A DNA stretch of 64,000 nucleotides from the NCBI RefSeq assembly GCF_032062105.1, contig NW_026928818.1, positions 62,001-126,000 of the forward strand, in the 5' to 3' direction. Positions within the stretch are counted from its first letter, which is position 1, and each line of letters opens with the position of its first letter. The DNA is from Saccostrea cucullata. Its lineage: Eukaryota. Below the pieces are notes generated by a model that searched no databases, was not told the origin of the DNA, and saw nothing but the letters and a program-made list of their open reading frames with translations. This document shows positions 51,905 through 64,000 of the stretch, piece after piece. The position numbers and the translations under genes are program-made.

Positions 51905-52833
51905 TATTATATATATATGTTCGGAGTTATGGGGGCTTTTTGACCCAACAACCTCTAAATTTAAGAGAAATCCAAATATAACACTAGACAAAATATACCA
52001 AAGCTTAGAAGGCGAAATTCTAAATCTTAAATTTTACAAACATTTACTAATGGTTCATGGTAAAAGCAGCAATTTTGCTGTAAGATCTGAGCGTTTGAAT
52101 TTACATTTTGATGTCATTAAAAATATGTTGTTATACTGGCATAGATTAGAGAATCTAGATGGTGAATTTCCCTTGCTTAGTGAGGCTTTTAACTGCTCTA
52201 AAACACTACACCAAAATGGTTTTACTTCATGGTATTCTTGTGTTAACTTCTTACTTAACCATATTGATATTAAAATTAGTGATTTCCTAGGTATGTCAAC
52301 CCCACAATTTAAAACCAATTTGAAAAGAATATTACTGAATTTCTATAAATTAAAATGGGAAAAAGACAGGAATTTACATAAAGATGGCAAATTGTCTACC
52401 TTTACCAGCATAAAGACTAAATTTTGTTTTGAACCTTATCTAGATATTCTTACAAACAATCAACATAGATCAGTTTTAACAAAGTTAAGAATATCGGCTC
52501 ACAGGCTTAAAATTGAAATTGGACGTTACCAAAAAATACCTAGAGAGGAACGAATTTGTTCACTTTGTCATCACAACGAGATTCAGGATGAAATTCATTT
52601 TCTCCTTGTATGTCCTCATCTTAATGTACAAAGACTTGAACTCATAAATATTTGTAAAATTAAATGTAAAAATTTTCAATCTCTATCTTATGATAATCAA
52701 TTTTATTGGCTCATGACTAATGAAGACCCAGACATCCTTAGATCACTTGCTGCATTCCTTAGTAATTTACCTTAATTGAAGATATTGTGATAAGCATAAA
52801 AAATTATATACCTCTTTCCCAGTTTCTTGCCCT

Positions 52834-52920
<87 letters not shown>

Positions 52921-53151
52921 AAATTATATATATTTGTATGTAACTTACAATACAATACATGTATGTATATTCAGTATATCTCTTATATACTTTTTTTTGT
53001 TTTTTTTGAACAATTGCTCTTTATTTGTAATATCATCATCATGTTTGTTCTATCATTTGGATCCTCCTCCTTCTATTTGTAAATCTTTTTGCTCCTCCGG
53101 GGGCCCAAATTGGATTAATAAAATCTTGTATCTTGTATCTTGTATCTTGTA
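51905..53151 (+). mobile_element. 5'-truncated non-LTR retrotransposon (RTE-X-like), ORF2 C-terminus plus 3' UTR
   Basis: Open frame to 52775 with KLRISAHRLKIEIGRY..ERICSLC..QDEIHFLLVCP; AATAAA followed by an (ATCTTGT)n tail at 53126-53151. Confidence 0.85.
52838..52916. repeat. (TA)n microsatellite in the LINE 3' UTR
   Basis: Direct reading. Confidence 0.95.
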
Positions 53152-53554
53152 ATCCTTTTGACAAGACTTTTCATTGGATACCAACAACTTCGACCCTTTG
53201 ACCTTGACCCCAGAGTTTGACCTACCTTAAAAACGCTAACCTTGGTCGTACCTTTGAACAGGTGGGCGGAGCTAGGGTATTATATTTCCCATTTGTATTT
53301 CTTGTGAGAAGGCCTTACTTTGGGTATCAACATGACTTGTCTGATTTGCATTTGAAAAAAAAAATCGCTATAAGTTGCCATACACGGGCATCGGTGTTTC
53401 ACAAACACATCTTGTTAATGTTAAAAGTAATCAATCATAACAAATGCAATACAGAAATACATTTTTATGTTCAATCAAGTGATATGTATTATAAAAAATT
53501 AAATAATACTATGAATAATTTAACAATTCTCTGTATATAGTTTGTCTCAGGCAT

Positions 53555-55625
53555 CAACCAAACACACGACGAAAAAATGAAAACTTCGTCTTCTTAGTCT
53601 TTTTCTTTGATTTCTTCTCATCTGTAAAATGATCTCGCTTCTCCTTATTCTGAAATAATAAAAGCACATTGTTATAATCTTAATAATTGGTAACAACAAA
53701 TATTTCAGTCTTAACAAATAGATTGTTTTTCCCGTAACGACATACCATTTATTTTAACATGTCATTTGATATCGAACATAACTTACTTTCTTCTGTAGAA
53801 ATGGGTGGAGCCTAGATTGGATTTTTGCTATTGTGACACCACTCAACTAAAAATAATACAAAAAAAATTATTCGTTGATTTTTTTTGCAAAAATTCTTGT
53901 TATACCATAAGTTTGAAAAGGATTGATTGATAAAACCTTGAAATGAAAATTCCTGCGCGAGAAGATTTCAATTTTAGGCTTATGATTTTTTTTATAAAGT
54001 GAAATAGAATTAAAAATGATTCTTTATGGCTGAGGACCGGATATGCTTTACTGGGCACAAGTGACCACTGAAATATCTATCTACTTTGAATATAAATTTA
54101 TGTATCATGTATATTACCATTTTTTCATCAATCAGAGAATCGCTTCCATTCGTAAACTGCATCATAAGTGTACCCTTCTCCTTGATAGCATTTTTTGAGG
54201 TGTCATCTCCATGTGGCTCAGATTTCTAGGGGAAAAGAAAACTTTTTTTTAACAATGAACTTTAAATTTCTGGTAAGACATATTTCAAAGTTTAAGACAA
54301 TCAGTTCATTATTTACCTTAAAATTAAATCCTTCCAGAACCAAAGGGCTAGCCATCATTTTGATATATGGATTTCTGTCATCTTTGTTCTAAAAATAAGA
54401 TACAGAAGATTTAAATAAAAAACAATGCTAACAATGAACGGAATATTGATTTTATATACATTGTAAATTCATAAAGTATAGGAAAATGAAATTCAGATTA
54501 ATATGCGGACTCAACTCCAAGCTTTTGTCATCCCCATGGCAGTGGTCAGTTGTTTCATTCTCGTTCTCATTGTCTTCTTCCTTGAATAAAATCGACAAAA
54601 TTGTAAACATAGACATAAAACTTCTTAAAGGAAATCTACAAATTTATCCCAGTGTTCATTAGAAAAGCTAAAAAAAAAAAAAACAGATATGTATATACAC
54701 TTACAACTAATACTTCGAGTTTAAGTTCAGATTTTTGCCGACTCCACTGTCTGTTGAAATAGTAATGCACGGCGTCTTTTGGAGCAAATGGCTGAAAATA
54801 AAATATAAGTAAAAATGTGGTCATGATTAACTACAATGTCACCTTATATATGTGTTTTTGTACTTTCAAGTACCTCCAGATATGGTAATTTTATTTCGAG
54901 CCATTCCACGAGTTATCTCCCGTCTTTGAATTCTGGCTTTGTTCCAATTTCCCACACCTTTTCAGAATTCTTCACTGCTCCATTAGCATAGTCATCTGTC
55001 AAACCTACACTATCTTCCTCTTCAGTTTCTTTTTCCTGTAAAATAAATGAGAGATTTGTTTTTATCACAGGAGTCTGAAGTTTTTATCGTCAAAAAAAAA
55101 TCCCACCCTCAACTAAAAAAACACTTTAGTTGAGGGTGGGAATTTTTTTCCAGGTTTTTATTTATGTGTAAAAATATTATATATTTCTCTATACTTGTAC
55201 TAAGAAATAGGCATCGAATAAATTTTCAAATGATAAGAAAATAACTTGCAATTAAAGGTTCCATCTCGGGAAAGTATGATGTGTGTTTGCTCCAGCTCCG
55301 AAAAAAGTAGTAATGAACCGCATCACTGTCTTCAAATTCCTTAAAAAAAAATGATATTATATAAATTATGATGTAAATCATGAAATAAAAAAAATAAACG
55401 CAATAAAAATCACTCACTCGCTTTAAAATGTAACATTTAATGTTCGTTTTATATAGGTACAATGAAATGTGCATTTTCCTATACCTCTAGATATGGAAGT
55501 TGTCGCTCCAACCATTCTAGGTATTCGGTACCGTCTTTGAATTCTGACCAAGTATTGTTTACCCAATCACTTTCTGAGTCTCCCAAACTTCCAAAATATT
55601 CCTTACTCTTCTTGTACTTAGGTTC
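53555..55625 (-). pseudogene. Uncharacterised multi-exon gene with a duplicated two-exon module and an in-frame stop
   Basis: Exons 55625-55485, 55339-55250, 55035-54874, 54791-54705, ~54388-54317, ~54226-54118 and a last exon ending FSFFRRVFG*; EFKDG.E..EWLE..LPYLE and DAVHYYF.R.WS each occur twice; TAA at 54915-54913. Confidence 0.55.
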
Positions 55626-56949
55626 CTGTGAATCATGAAAAAATAAGCAAACCAATAATGAACTGTTAATTATAGAAATAATTTAAATCGAGTGTATATA
55701 GTTTAACCAAAATTCTAAATTACCATAATGGTTTCAATGCTCACGACTTCAATGTTTTGCCTCCGTTGTGAAGGATGTTATAATTGTGACGTCATAATAC
55801 AAAGACGTCACCGTAATTGTGACGTATTTCATTATGACGTCTAAGTATTCTCGGCTGACTCCGCTATGCTCCATTCGCCGAATGCGCTCTTCAGACCTCG
55901 AGGCATCGTAGCAAACCACGGCCAAAATGTACGATCCACTCCTATTCTGGAGAGAGCTATATGCGGACTCCGGGCCGTGGTTTGAGACGGTCGATGACCT
56001 CGAGGTTATGTTAGAGAAGCGAGTATGCTAATTCTATGCACATTATTTAACCAATCTGTATATTTTATCCATCTCCCAACCCTTTATAATCGTCTCTACA
56101 AGTGACAAACTAGCTTGATTAAAATTTTTTGTTAGATTGCTGAAAATTCACTTCAAGCGAGTTTATTGCCTGTAGAGACAACTATAAATGGTTTGGAGGT
56201 GGATAAAATATACATATTGGCTACAGAATGTGTCTAGAATTAGGGAGTGAAAGGTAGTTGATTGACCAATGCTGTATAGTGGAGAAATTCTCCCCATAAG
56301 TGCTCAAAAAATATTGCGCCGTATATTGCCAGTTTTTAGCCGGGCTTATTGCTCAAAGAGCAGTTGCCGGCTTATGTGATCCTGTTCAAGGCAGGATGTT
56401 AACCCAATAGTCGCCATTGTAAAGTTACGTGCAAAAATATAGTTCTTACTCTCAACCGCTTTTGAGATAATACAAACGCTAAACAAAGCAACAAAAATAA
56501 AACGAAGTTTCATCTATATAAAATAAACATTTGTAGTAATGACTTTGAAAACTTCATTAGTCAAAGAACATAGTTCATTAGCATAAGGATTTTTGATAAT
56601 CAGTGTTACCGTAGTTCTCTACACGTACGAGGTAAAGCAGGAGAGGGAACCAGACTGGCCTGTTTGTTTACATTCAGCTGCGGTACCAGGTTAATTCTGA
56701 TTCTGACAAAATCGGACCGTGGTATTAGGATTGTAAAACTCACTGTCAGTGTCTTATCATTTATATCAGTGATAGTTTTAAAATAATTTTTTCATCAGAA
56801 TATAAACGTGATTCATGTAAGAAATCCATTCTACTCTGTAAATGAGCCCGGCTCTCTGTACTTCTGAGTACTTTGATTTACATTACAGGGTCTGTAGCGT
56901 TATGGTCAAAGACAAATACATAAAAACTTAAACCATAACGCTACAGAAC

Positions 56950-58077
56950 TGCAGCTTTCGCAAAAGCAAGGGGACATTAAATCTCATTCGGCTGTCCGTT
57001 AGTCTGTCTAGCAGTCCGTCTGTCCGTCCGTCACAAAAAAACTTTAACCTTGCCCATAACTTTTGATTTAGTGGAGGTATGGCTTTCATATTGCAAATGT
57101 TTATTCCTTGTGACAAGACCTTTCTTTGGGTACCACAAAATTTGACCTTTTGACCTTGGAGTTTGACCCACTTTTACACAAAATTTCCAAACTTTTACTT
57201 TGGCGATATCTTTTGAATGATAGAAACTAGGACTTTCATATTTCAGATATATATTCTTTGGGGCAAGGCCTTTCATTTGATACCAACAATTTTGACCATT
57301 TGACCTTGACCATGGAGATTTCTGCACTTATGAAAAAACTTTAACCTTGAATATAACTTTTGAACGGTAAGGGCTGGGGCTTTCGTACTTCATATATGTA
57401 ATCCTTGAGAGAAGACCTTTTATTGGATACCAAGAACTTTGACCCTTTGACCTTGACCTACTTTTCAAAAACTTTGATCTTGGTCACAACTTATGAACGG
57501 TAGATACTAAGACTTTCATATTTCACATATATATTTTTTGTGGCAAGGCCTTTTAATACCAACAATATTGACCTTTTGTCCTTGACCATGGAGATTTCTG
57601 CACTTATGAAAAAACTTTAACCTTGACTATAACTTTTGAACAGTAAGGGCTAGGGCTTTCGTACTTCAAATACCTAATCCTTGTGAGAAGACCTTTCATC
57701 GAATACAAAGAACTTTGACCCTTTGACCTTGACTTTGAAGATTGACCTACTTTTTAATAACTTTTATCTTGGCTATAACTATTGAACAGTAAGGGTTAGG
57801 GTTTTCATCCTTCACATATATATTACTTGTGACCTTTCTTAAGAAATCAACAACTCAGATCCGTTCACCTTGGAGTTTGACCTACCTTTCAAAAATTTAT
57901 CCTTGGCCATAACTTTTGAACAGGTGGTGCTAGGGATTTTGTATTTCACAATCGTATTTCTTGTCTGAAAACCCAACTTTGGGTAATATTACATATATTT
58001 CATTTGTATTTAAGAAAAGTTAAATCTTCGTTATGTTGCCATACGGGGTCATCAGTGTTTCACAAACACATCTTGTT
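56950..58077 (+). mobile_element. Non-autonomous Helentron-like (HINE) element with ~140-150-bp central repeats
   Basis: GTCC microsatellite at ~56993-57033; repeated aactttaaccttgg..ataacttttga..ctagggctttc..tttgaccttg; 3' gtgtttcacaaacacatcttgtt. Confidence 0.8.
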
Positions 58078-59517
58078 CCTTATATTGAGAAGAGATAGGG
58101 CTTTCGTATTTGACATGTGCATTACCTGTGACAAGATATTTCCGAGCATGCTATAATTTCTTACCCCTTGACCTTGACCTTCACGATTGACCTTATTTTT
58201 AAAAAAAATCAACTTCGTGATAATTTCTAAATAAATGACATATGATAGGATGTTTTTATTAGACACAATATGTAGGGATGTGCGATTTTATCGGTATACC
58301 GGTATATCGCGATTTTTTGTTGCGTGATACGTATCGTGATACGGAGACCTAAATATCGGTCTATAGGTACATACCCCGGTATTATAAAGTCCAGAAATTA
58401 TTCATTTATTTGTTCAATCTTTCAAATTACAATTACAGAAAGTATAAAAAATGTTATAAAAGTGAAAAGAACGGAATCTTACGATCCAAACATAATTGAT
58501 TTTATATACATAAAAATTTCAAGAAAGTAAAATCTTGTTTTTCTGGCATATTTTTTAAGAAAAATTATGACTTTTCATATCAAATCAATGTAAAAACTAC
58601 TTTTAAAAATATATTATCGTGATATTGTGGGAAAAAATCGTGATATATCGTGATACAGAATTTTTGGCAATATGTCATAAAAAAAATTACATCTCATCCA
58701 GAAAGACACCTAATTGACATCTCAAGAAGCCTTTAAGCTTTTGCTAAATCAAATCCCTATTAACTAAAAAAGATCCCTATTGATTTTGAGGTCAAGGTCA
58801 TAAATTCATACATTTTTTTTAACACCTTTGTTTTCAGACAATGTCTCAAAAAGGTTTTGAGCTTTTGCAATAAAATTTTATATCACAACTCCTAATGACC
58901 TAAATATGACCCCTTTTGGTTTTGAGGGCAAAAAGATCAAAGGTCACTTCAAGTCATAAATTCATACATTTTGTCTTTCAGTAACACTTCTTTTCCATGC
59001 AGAATCTCGGTACACATCTGCGTTGTTGAAATGAAAATTTATGACATTTGTTAATTCTGTTTTTGTTTTAAACATTCATTTTTCATCAATATCATTAAAA
59101 GTCTTGAGCTTCTGCAATGGTTAATTTATACCACAACCCCATTTGGACTTAAAAAAAAGACTTCTTTTGATTTTGAGGTGTCAAATGTCATGAAGGTAAA
59201 AAATCATACTTTATCAATAAAAACATTTTCAAGTTCTTTGAGCTTTCTTCAATAAAATTAAATATCTTAATATGAAAACCCCTAATATAATGTAATATGA
59301 TTAAAATGATTAGATGTCAATCCCATAAACTCATAATATTCATGTATTTTGTCAACAATCAATACATCTTCAGGTTGTACAAGACATGAAGTTACCAACA
59401 ACAACAAAAATCACCAACACTGACCCCAAGAAATAACAGCTTTAATTATGAAGTATTTAAAATAGTGATTACACACTGTATTTGAGTATATATAAGAAAT
59501 ATTTAACATCAATATAT

Positions 59518-61156
59518 TTATGAAAGTTTAAGATGTTGAGCATGTGAAATAGGTTGTACTCTGACTATTTCCACTAAGTCGTCATCAAACCAGCAAGTTA
59601 CATGCAGCACATCAACTGTGAAGTAATACAGATTGTCCTCACACTTCTGACGTCTGTAGATTGAACGTGGATCTTCACTGAGAATGGCACGGATAGCCTC
59701 TAAAGCTTCATCCGCAGAGTCTAGGAATTTTAGTCTAAAGTCATTATTTATTGCACTTTTTGAAAACCTATGCAACTGAGAACTAGCCCTTTCTGTGATT
59801 GTTACACACAACTTCGTAACAGGTGCATCTGAAATCCACTTTGCAGATTTAACTTCAGGACTGCTGAAAGACTGAGTTTGAGATTCACAGTTTGAAGATA
59901 TTTCATTGCTACAGTCATGGTTCTCGGGAGCTTGATTAAAAGCTTTTCCATCAAACATATGTTTATTTTCATCCAAGTGCTCTACCTGAGGTACTTTAAT
60001 TTTTTCTTTCACATATTCTGAATTGTTTGTATGATCATCCCCTGAAGATGTTGCGATACATTCATTTTCTTGATCTACATCAGAGGGCAGTGACTCTAAT
60101 TCTTGATTCTCACTACCAGGATCATCCAAAGTCTCCTTTAAGTCTTTCTCATCAGAAGAATTATTTTTACAAGAGGATGGTGGTGAGTCATACTCTGGGA
60201 TATAAGGTTTGACATCTAACACTGGTGTACCGTCTAATAAGTCTATACCACTGAGATGCAATGTGCTTCCTAACAGAAAAAAAAAATAATGAAGATATTT
60301 TAATGTGTAGTATGTATTTTCTATTTTAACATGCATTAGTTCATTCTTCAGGCCTACTGATTTAGAGACAGGTCCAAATCTCCCTTATTTTCAAACCTAA
60401 TATTTCTTTGTGTGCAACTTTTATTTCATCTTTCTAGAAATCACTGATGAAAGGAAATATTTGGACTACAGCCTATGTAAAATTGTTATAAGAAATAGCT
60501 CTAATGAAAAAATACAAGCAATCTTCAAGTACCTGAAACAGTGTCTAGTTTTGCTAGTGTAAGTCCAATAGCATTGGGTCGATACGGAGATCGTGTTGAA
60601 AACAGTCCAACTCTTTTTCCATTTAGTCTTGGAGGTTTAACTTTAGCTTTCACATATTCTGCATTGTTTTTATGAAAGACAAATATCAACCTAAAAAGGC
60701 AACAAAAAAGCATGTACATGCATGTAGATGAATATAAGTGAAATATATTTTAATTACTTAATAAATGGATATAAAGATTTGCTTTCATAAACATCTCTAT
60801 CAAAGGACATCTTTGCTAGCAAAGGGTTTATGATCCATTCCACTCCTCAGAAGTGGAGCAATTTTTAAACCCTTGGCTAGTGAAGAAGCTAAAAGAAAAA
60901 GAAAATTTTCTCTTAATGCTTTAGCAATAACAATTGTTTAAAAAAAGTTTATATGATATGAATAATTGTAAACAAGATATTAACCATATATGAGAAAACT
61001 CCTCCAAGCCCTCTAATGAATGCTCTGGGTTTGTGAAGATGGACTTTTCTATTTTTAGTGAGCCACGGGCAAATGGGCATACCGATGGTTGTCGAGGGGT
61101 TCCATTTTTAAATGTAAACAAGGAATTTATATAACCAATTGGTTTCATCTCCATAT
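59518..61156 (-). CDS. TRMO: tRNA (adenine(37)-N6)-methyltransferase TRMO/TsaA-like, paralogue 2 (5' exon uncertain)
   Basis: Exons 61156-60985, 60690-60533, 60269-59518; KNGTPRQPSVC, LEGLEEFSHIW, VKPPRLNGKRVGLFSTRSPYRPNAIGLTL, DLLDGTPVLDVKPYIPEYD, LSEDPRSIYRR. Confidence 0.93.
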
Positions 61157-63655
61157 CTGAAAAACATGTACAAAATAGAATCGAAAAGAAAACTGAATAA
61201 AAATAATAACATAAGGAACTTTAAAACAGAAGCATATTTTGGTGCCATGACCAGGATCCTCTAAAGACATCGATGACATATAACAAATGAATCAGATTGA
61301 TACATGGAAACTTCAGGCTCAGTTACTAAGCATATGGACTTCATAAAAAACTCTGGAAATTGTATATTTAAAATTTACTACTATAAAATAATCACTTTAA
61401 TCTATCTATTTTAATCTGTTTTTTTTTTTAAATTGGAAACTAAACCTAAGTACACAATCATAGATAAGAGAAAATAATTTCGGTAATCTTTGCTAAAAAT
61501 AGTAAGATTTACTTTTATACTTTCCAAATAAATCTGAAAAGTACTCATTCATTGCTTAAATCTTCCTTCTCAGTTCAGTTTTATTCACTGACATTAGCAA
61601 AACCTTCATTGGATTCAGCATTCGGAATTTTTTTCATATTTGGATATTATGGATTTAGATTTCATTGAAGATCAGGATAATAAGATCATTAGTTTTGAGT
61701 TCCATCGCCGATGACTATCTTTTTTTTTTCAAATGAAGAACTCACCTTTTCTCAACTTTTTCTAACCTTTTCGCCTATTAACCAAACGTTCTTGTGAAAG
61801 CGATTATGGTATGAATCCGGGTCAGAAAAGTGCATAGCAACAAAGCATCAAAAAATCAAAAATGACGTTATATTAGTTTTTATTTTACCCCTTTCTGTAT
61901 AATTTAGTGCATAATTGTGGTTATTTTTTCTTCAGAGAACCAAAAAACACACCATGTGAACAAGTGACAAAGATTTTATCAGGTATTTAATTAAAAAAAG
62001 GGTTTGTTTATATTATAGTTCGAATTTCCTCTGTCTTTCATTCGGGGCACTTACCAAAGACATATAAAACCATATGTCTCTGCACTTACCAAGTTGTGTT
62101 ACTTGTGTATTTATTTTAAATGTATGAAATTCCAGAAATCTTTTGCAATAAATGTGTTTTGTTTTTTAATAATTCCAAACACAGTGAAAAATACTTTGAA
62201 ATCACACAAAATATGGTATTTACATATTTTATATACCAATTAATTGATTAAATTATTGTCCCATTGTAACATCATCCTCATCAGTATAAAGTAGAATATA
62301 TAAAGAATAAAAGGTTTCTTTAGAAAGTCCAGATAACCATTACCAAATTGCCCCATTGGCCTTGTAATAAATGGATTTCCTTTGACATATTTTGCCTCGA
62401 AGTTATTTCCTTTAGCCGACATCTTGCAGGGCAAAGCAGTGAATTTTCCTCTTTAAGCAACCAAATTTAAACATGCATGCCAGAAATATATGGGGGAAAA
62501 TATTTACAATCTCAAGATTATGAATTATTAGAGGCTTTAACAAACATATTTTCATAAGAAAATAGTGTTAAATTTACCTCAGTAACCAGTATAACACATT
62601 GAACTTGGTTGGATAATGAAGGGATCTGGGGACGTTGCCCTACAACATGACGGTCATGGGGAATAACTCTTGCTTAAATTACCTCAATGGAAAACCATCT
62701 ATATTGAAATGTTCTTGGTTTTTCTGAAAACATATTTATCTGAGTACCTTCAGTATAGATGTAAAAAAAAATTGTAAACAAAAATATGATCACGTCCCTT
62801 CATGAAAATAAAAATGCTGCTTTTTTTATAATCTTATCACACAGTTCTTTGATTGAAAAGTAATACCTTTCAGATCAAAGGTTGTGCTCTTCAAGTCTTA
62901 CAATCTTGAATAAAAGTTCTATTTAATAGAATATGATTGAAAATAAAAAGAAACTTAGGCTTTCCTATGCTCTATAAAATTTACAAAATATTGAAGAAAA
63001 AAGAGAGTGAAATATTGGCCATTTTGAAAGAATTTTTATCTGCACTACTCCTATACAACTGAATGAATAGATTTTATAATGAAACTTTCACAACAGAGCC
63101 ATTATGACCCTTTATTTTACTTTTTGGTTTGACATATTTATGGGGATTCTCGATTTTTGCAAAAAATATACACACTGCCATTCTTTCTATAAAGTTCAAG
63201 GGCACCCATTCTTATCCTCAACCCCCCTTTACCTCTCAATAAAATATGATACTTTCATGGAATCTTTTATTACATATTTCCTCTGTTACCTTCTAAATTT
63301 ACAAATTGATTGCAGATATTGATTGAATACTCATATACATGGACACTACCATGTTCCGGGTATTATTGGGGGAACCAGTACAGTATCTTATTTGCAATTA
63401 ATCCTATTCCACTGGCACAGAATAAGATCTATGATACTTTTGCAGAATCTTATTACATATAAATGACATTGTTCTGTTCCTGTTATGTTTTGATCAGATA
63501 GATATTTGTTGTTTCCCATAGAAAAAAAATGAACTTTGCAATTAATTTATACACACATCTAGTTTTTTTTTTTTATTTTAGGTACATGTAAACATGATTT
63601 TGAGGCCAAAGGGTCAGTAACCAAACTTAGAAATGAGCACATAATTTTACATATA

Positions 63656-63831
63656 CAGTAAAACTTGGTTATGACGAAGTAACTGGGACCTATGAAATTA
63701 CTTTGTTATATACGTAATTTGTTATAATATCAGTATATAATTTGTTAAATTTATACAGTTGGGGATCCAAGACATCCTCACTTTATCTGTGAATTCGCAA
63801 TATCCGTATTCATACTAAACAAGTTTTACTG
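63656..63831. mobile_element. Tc1/mariner-type MITE
   Basis: TIR CAGTAAAACTTG / CAAGTTTTACTG flanked by TA on both sides. Confidence 0.75.
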
Positions 63832-64000
63832 TATACATAATAAAGACTTCGTTATTATAAATAAGTAAACTTTAGTTTTTGAATTCAACAAAAACTTGAA
63901 AGCTTTTGAACTGACCTGAACATAAAAGACATAATTCAAATATATTACCAGTATACAATGAAGCGCATTGAAGTGGTAAAATTTTCCTTTGGATGGAACG

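Larger units (their letters stand above)
39123..53416 (+). mobile_element. HINE-like element broken into three pieces (39123-39316, 51639-51904, 53151-53416) by the ISL2EU and LINE insertions
   Basis: 5' tttttgcccc plus GTCT/GTCC microsatellite; ctagggctttc...gacaagac repeats resume after each insert; 3' gtgtttcacaaacacatcttgtt. Confidence 0.75.

Noticed and set aside
50105-53152. IY/YI-repeat ORFs at 50105-50380 and 52772-53152
   Set aside because: Translations of (AT)n microsatellites
62346-62424. Candidate first exon of TRMO-2 (MSAKGNNF...GQF, phase-compatible donor)
   Set aside because: No homology support, and other donor-like sites exist (e.g. ~61745); left unassigned

Overview
AT-rich, intron-containing eukaryotic DNA, almost certainly an oyster or other bivalve (Cg170-type ~167-bp satellite inside Helentron-like elements). 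Host genes are AP-3 beta subunit (minus, runs off the left edge), SCAMP (plus, with two pairs of mutually exclusive exons), an SLC5A7-like choline transporter (plus), two tandem TRMO/TsaA paralogues (minus) and an uncharacterised, probably pseudogenised multi-exon gene. The ~30 kb between the TRMO copies is a nest of mobile DNA. (i) An 8-kb inverted-repeat-bounded block holds a NADAR (YbiA) domain joined to a Mutator transposase. That transposase is split at a TTAA core by a young 3.9-kb Ngaro-type split-direct-repeat element with an intact tyrosine recombinase and an SGNH hydrolase but no RT/RNase H. (ii) A 12.3-kb ISL2EU transposon (THAP-DDE transposase plus SAP-SWIM-YqaJ-PHD gene) hosts a Russian-doll stack of four Helentron-type elements. 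(iii) A 5'-truncated LINE. All calls come from reading the sequence by eye; no database searches were run.
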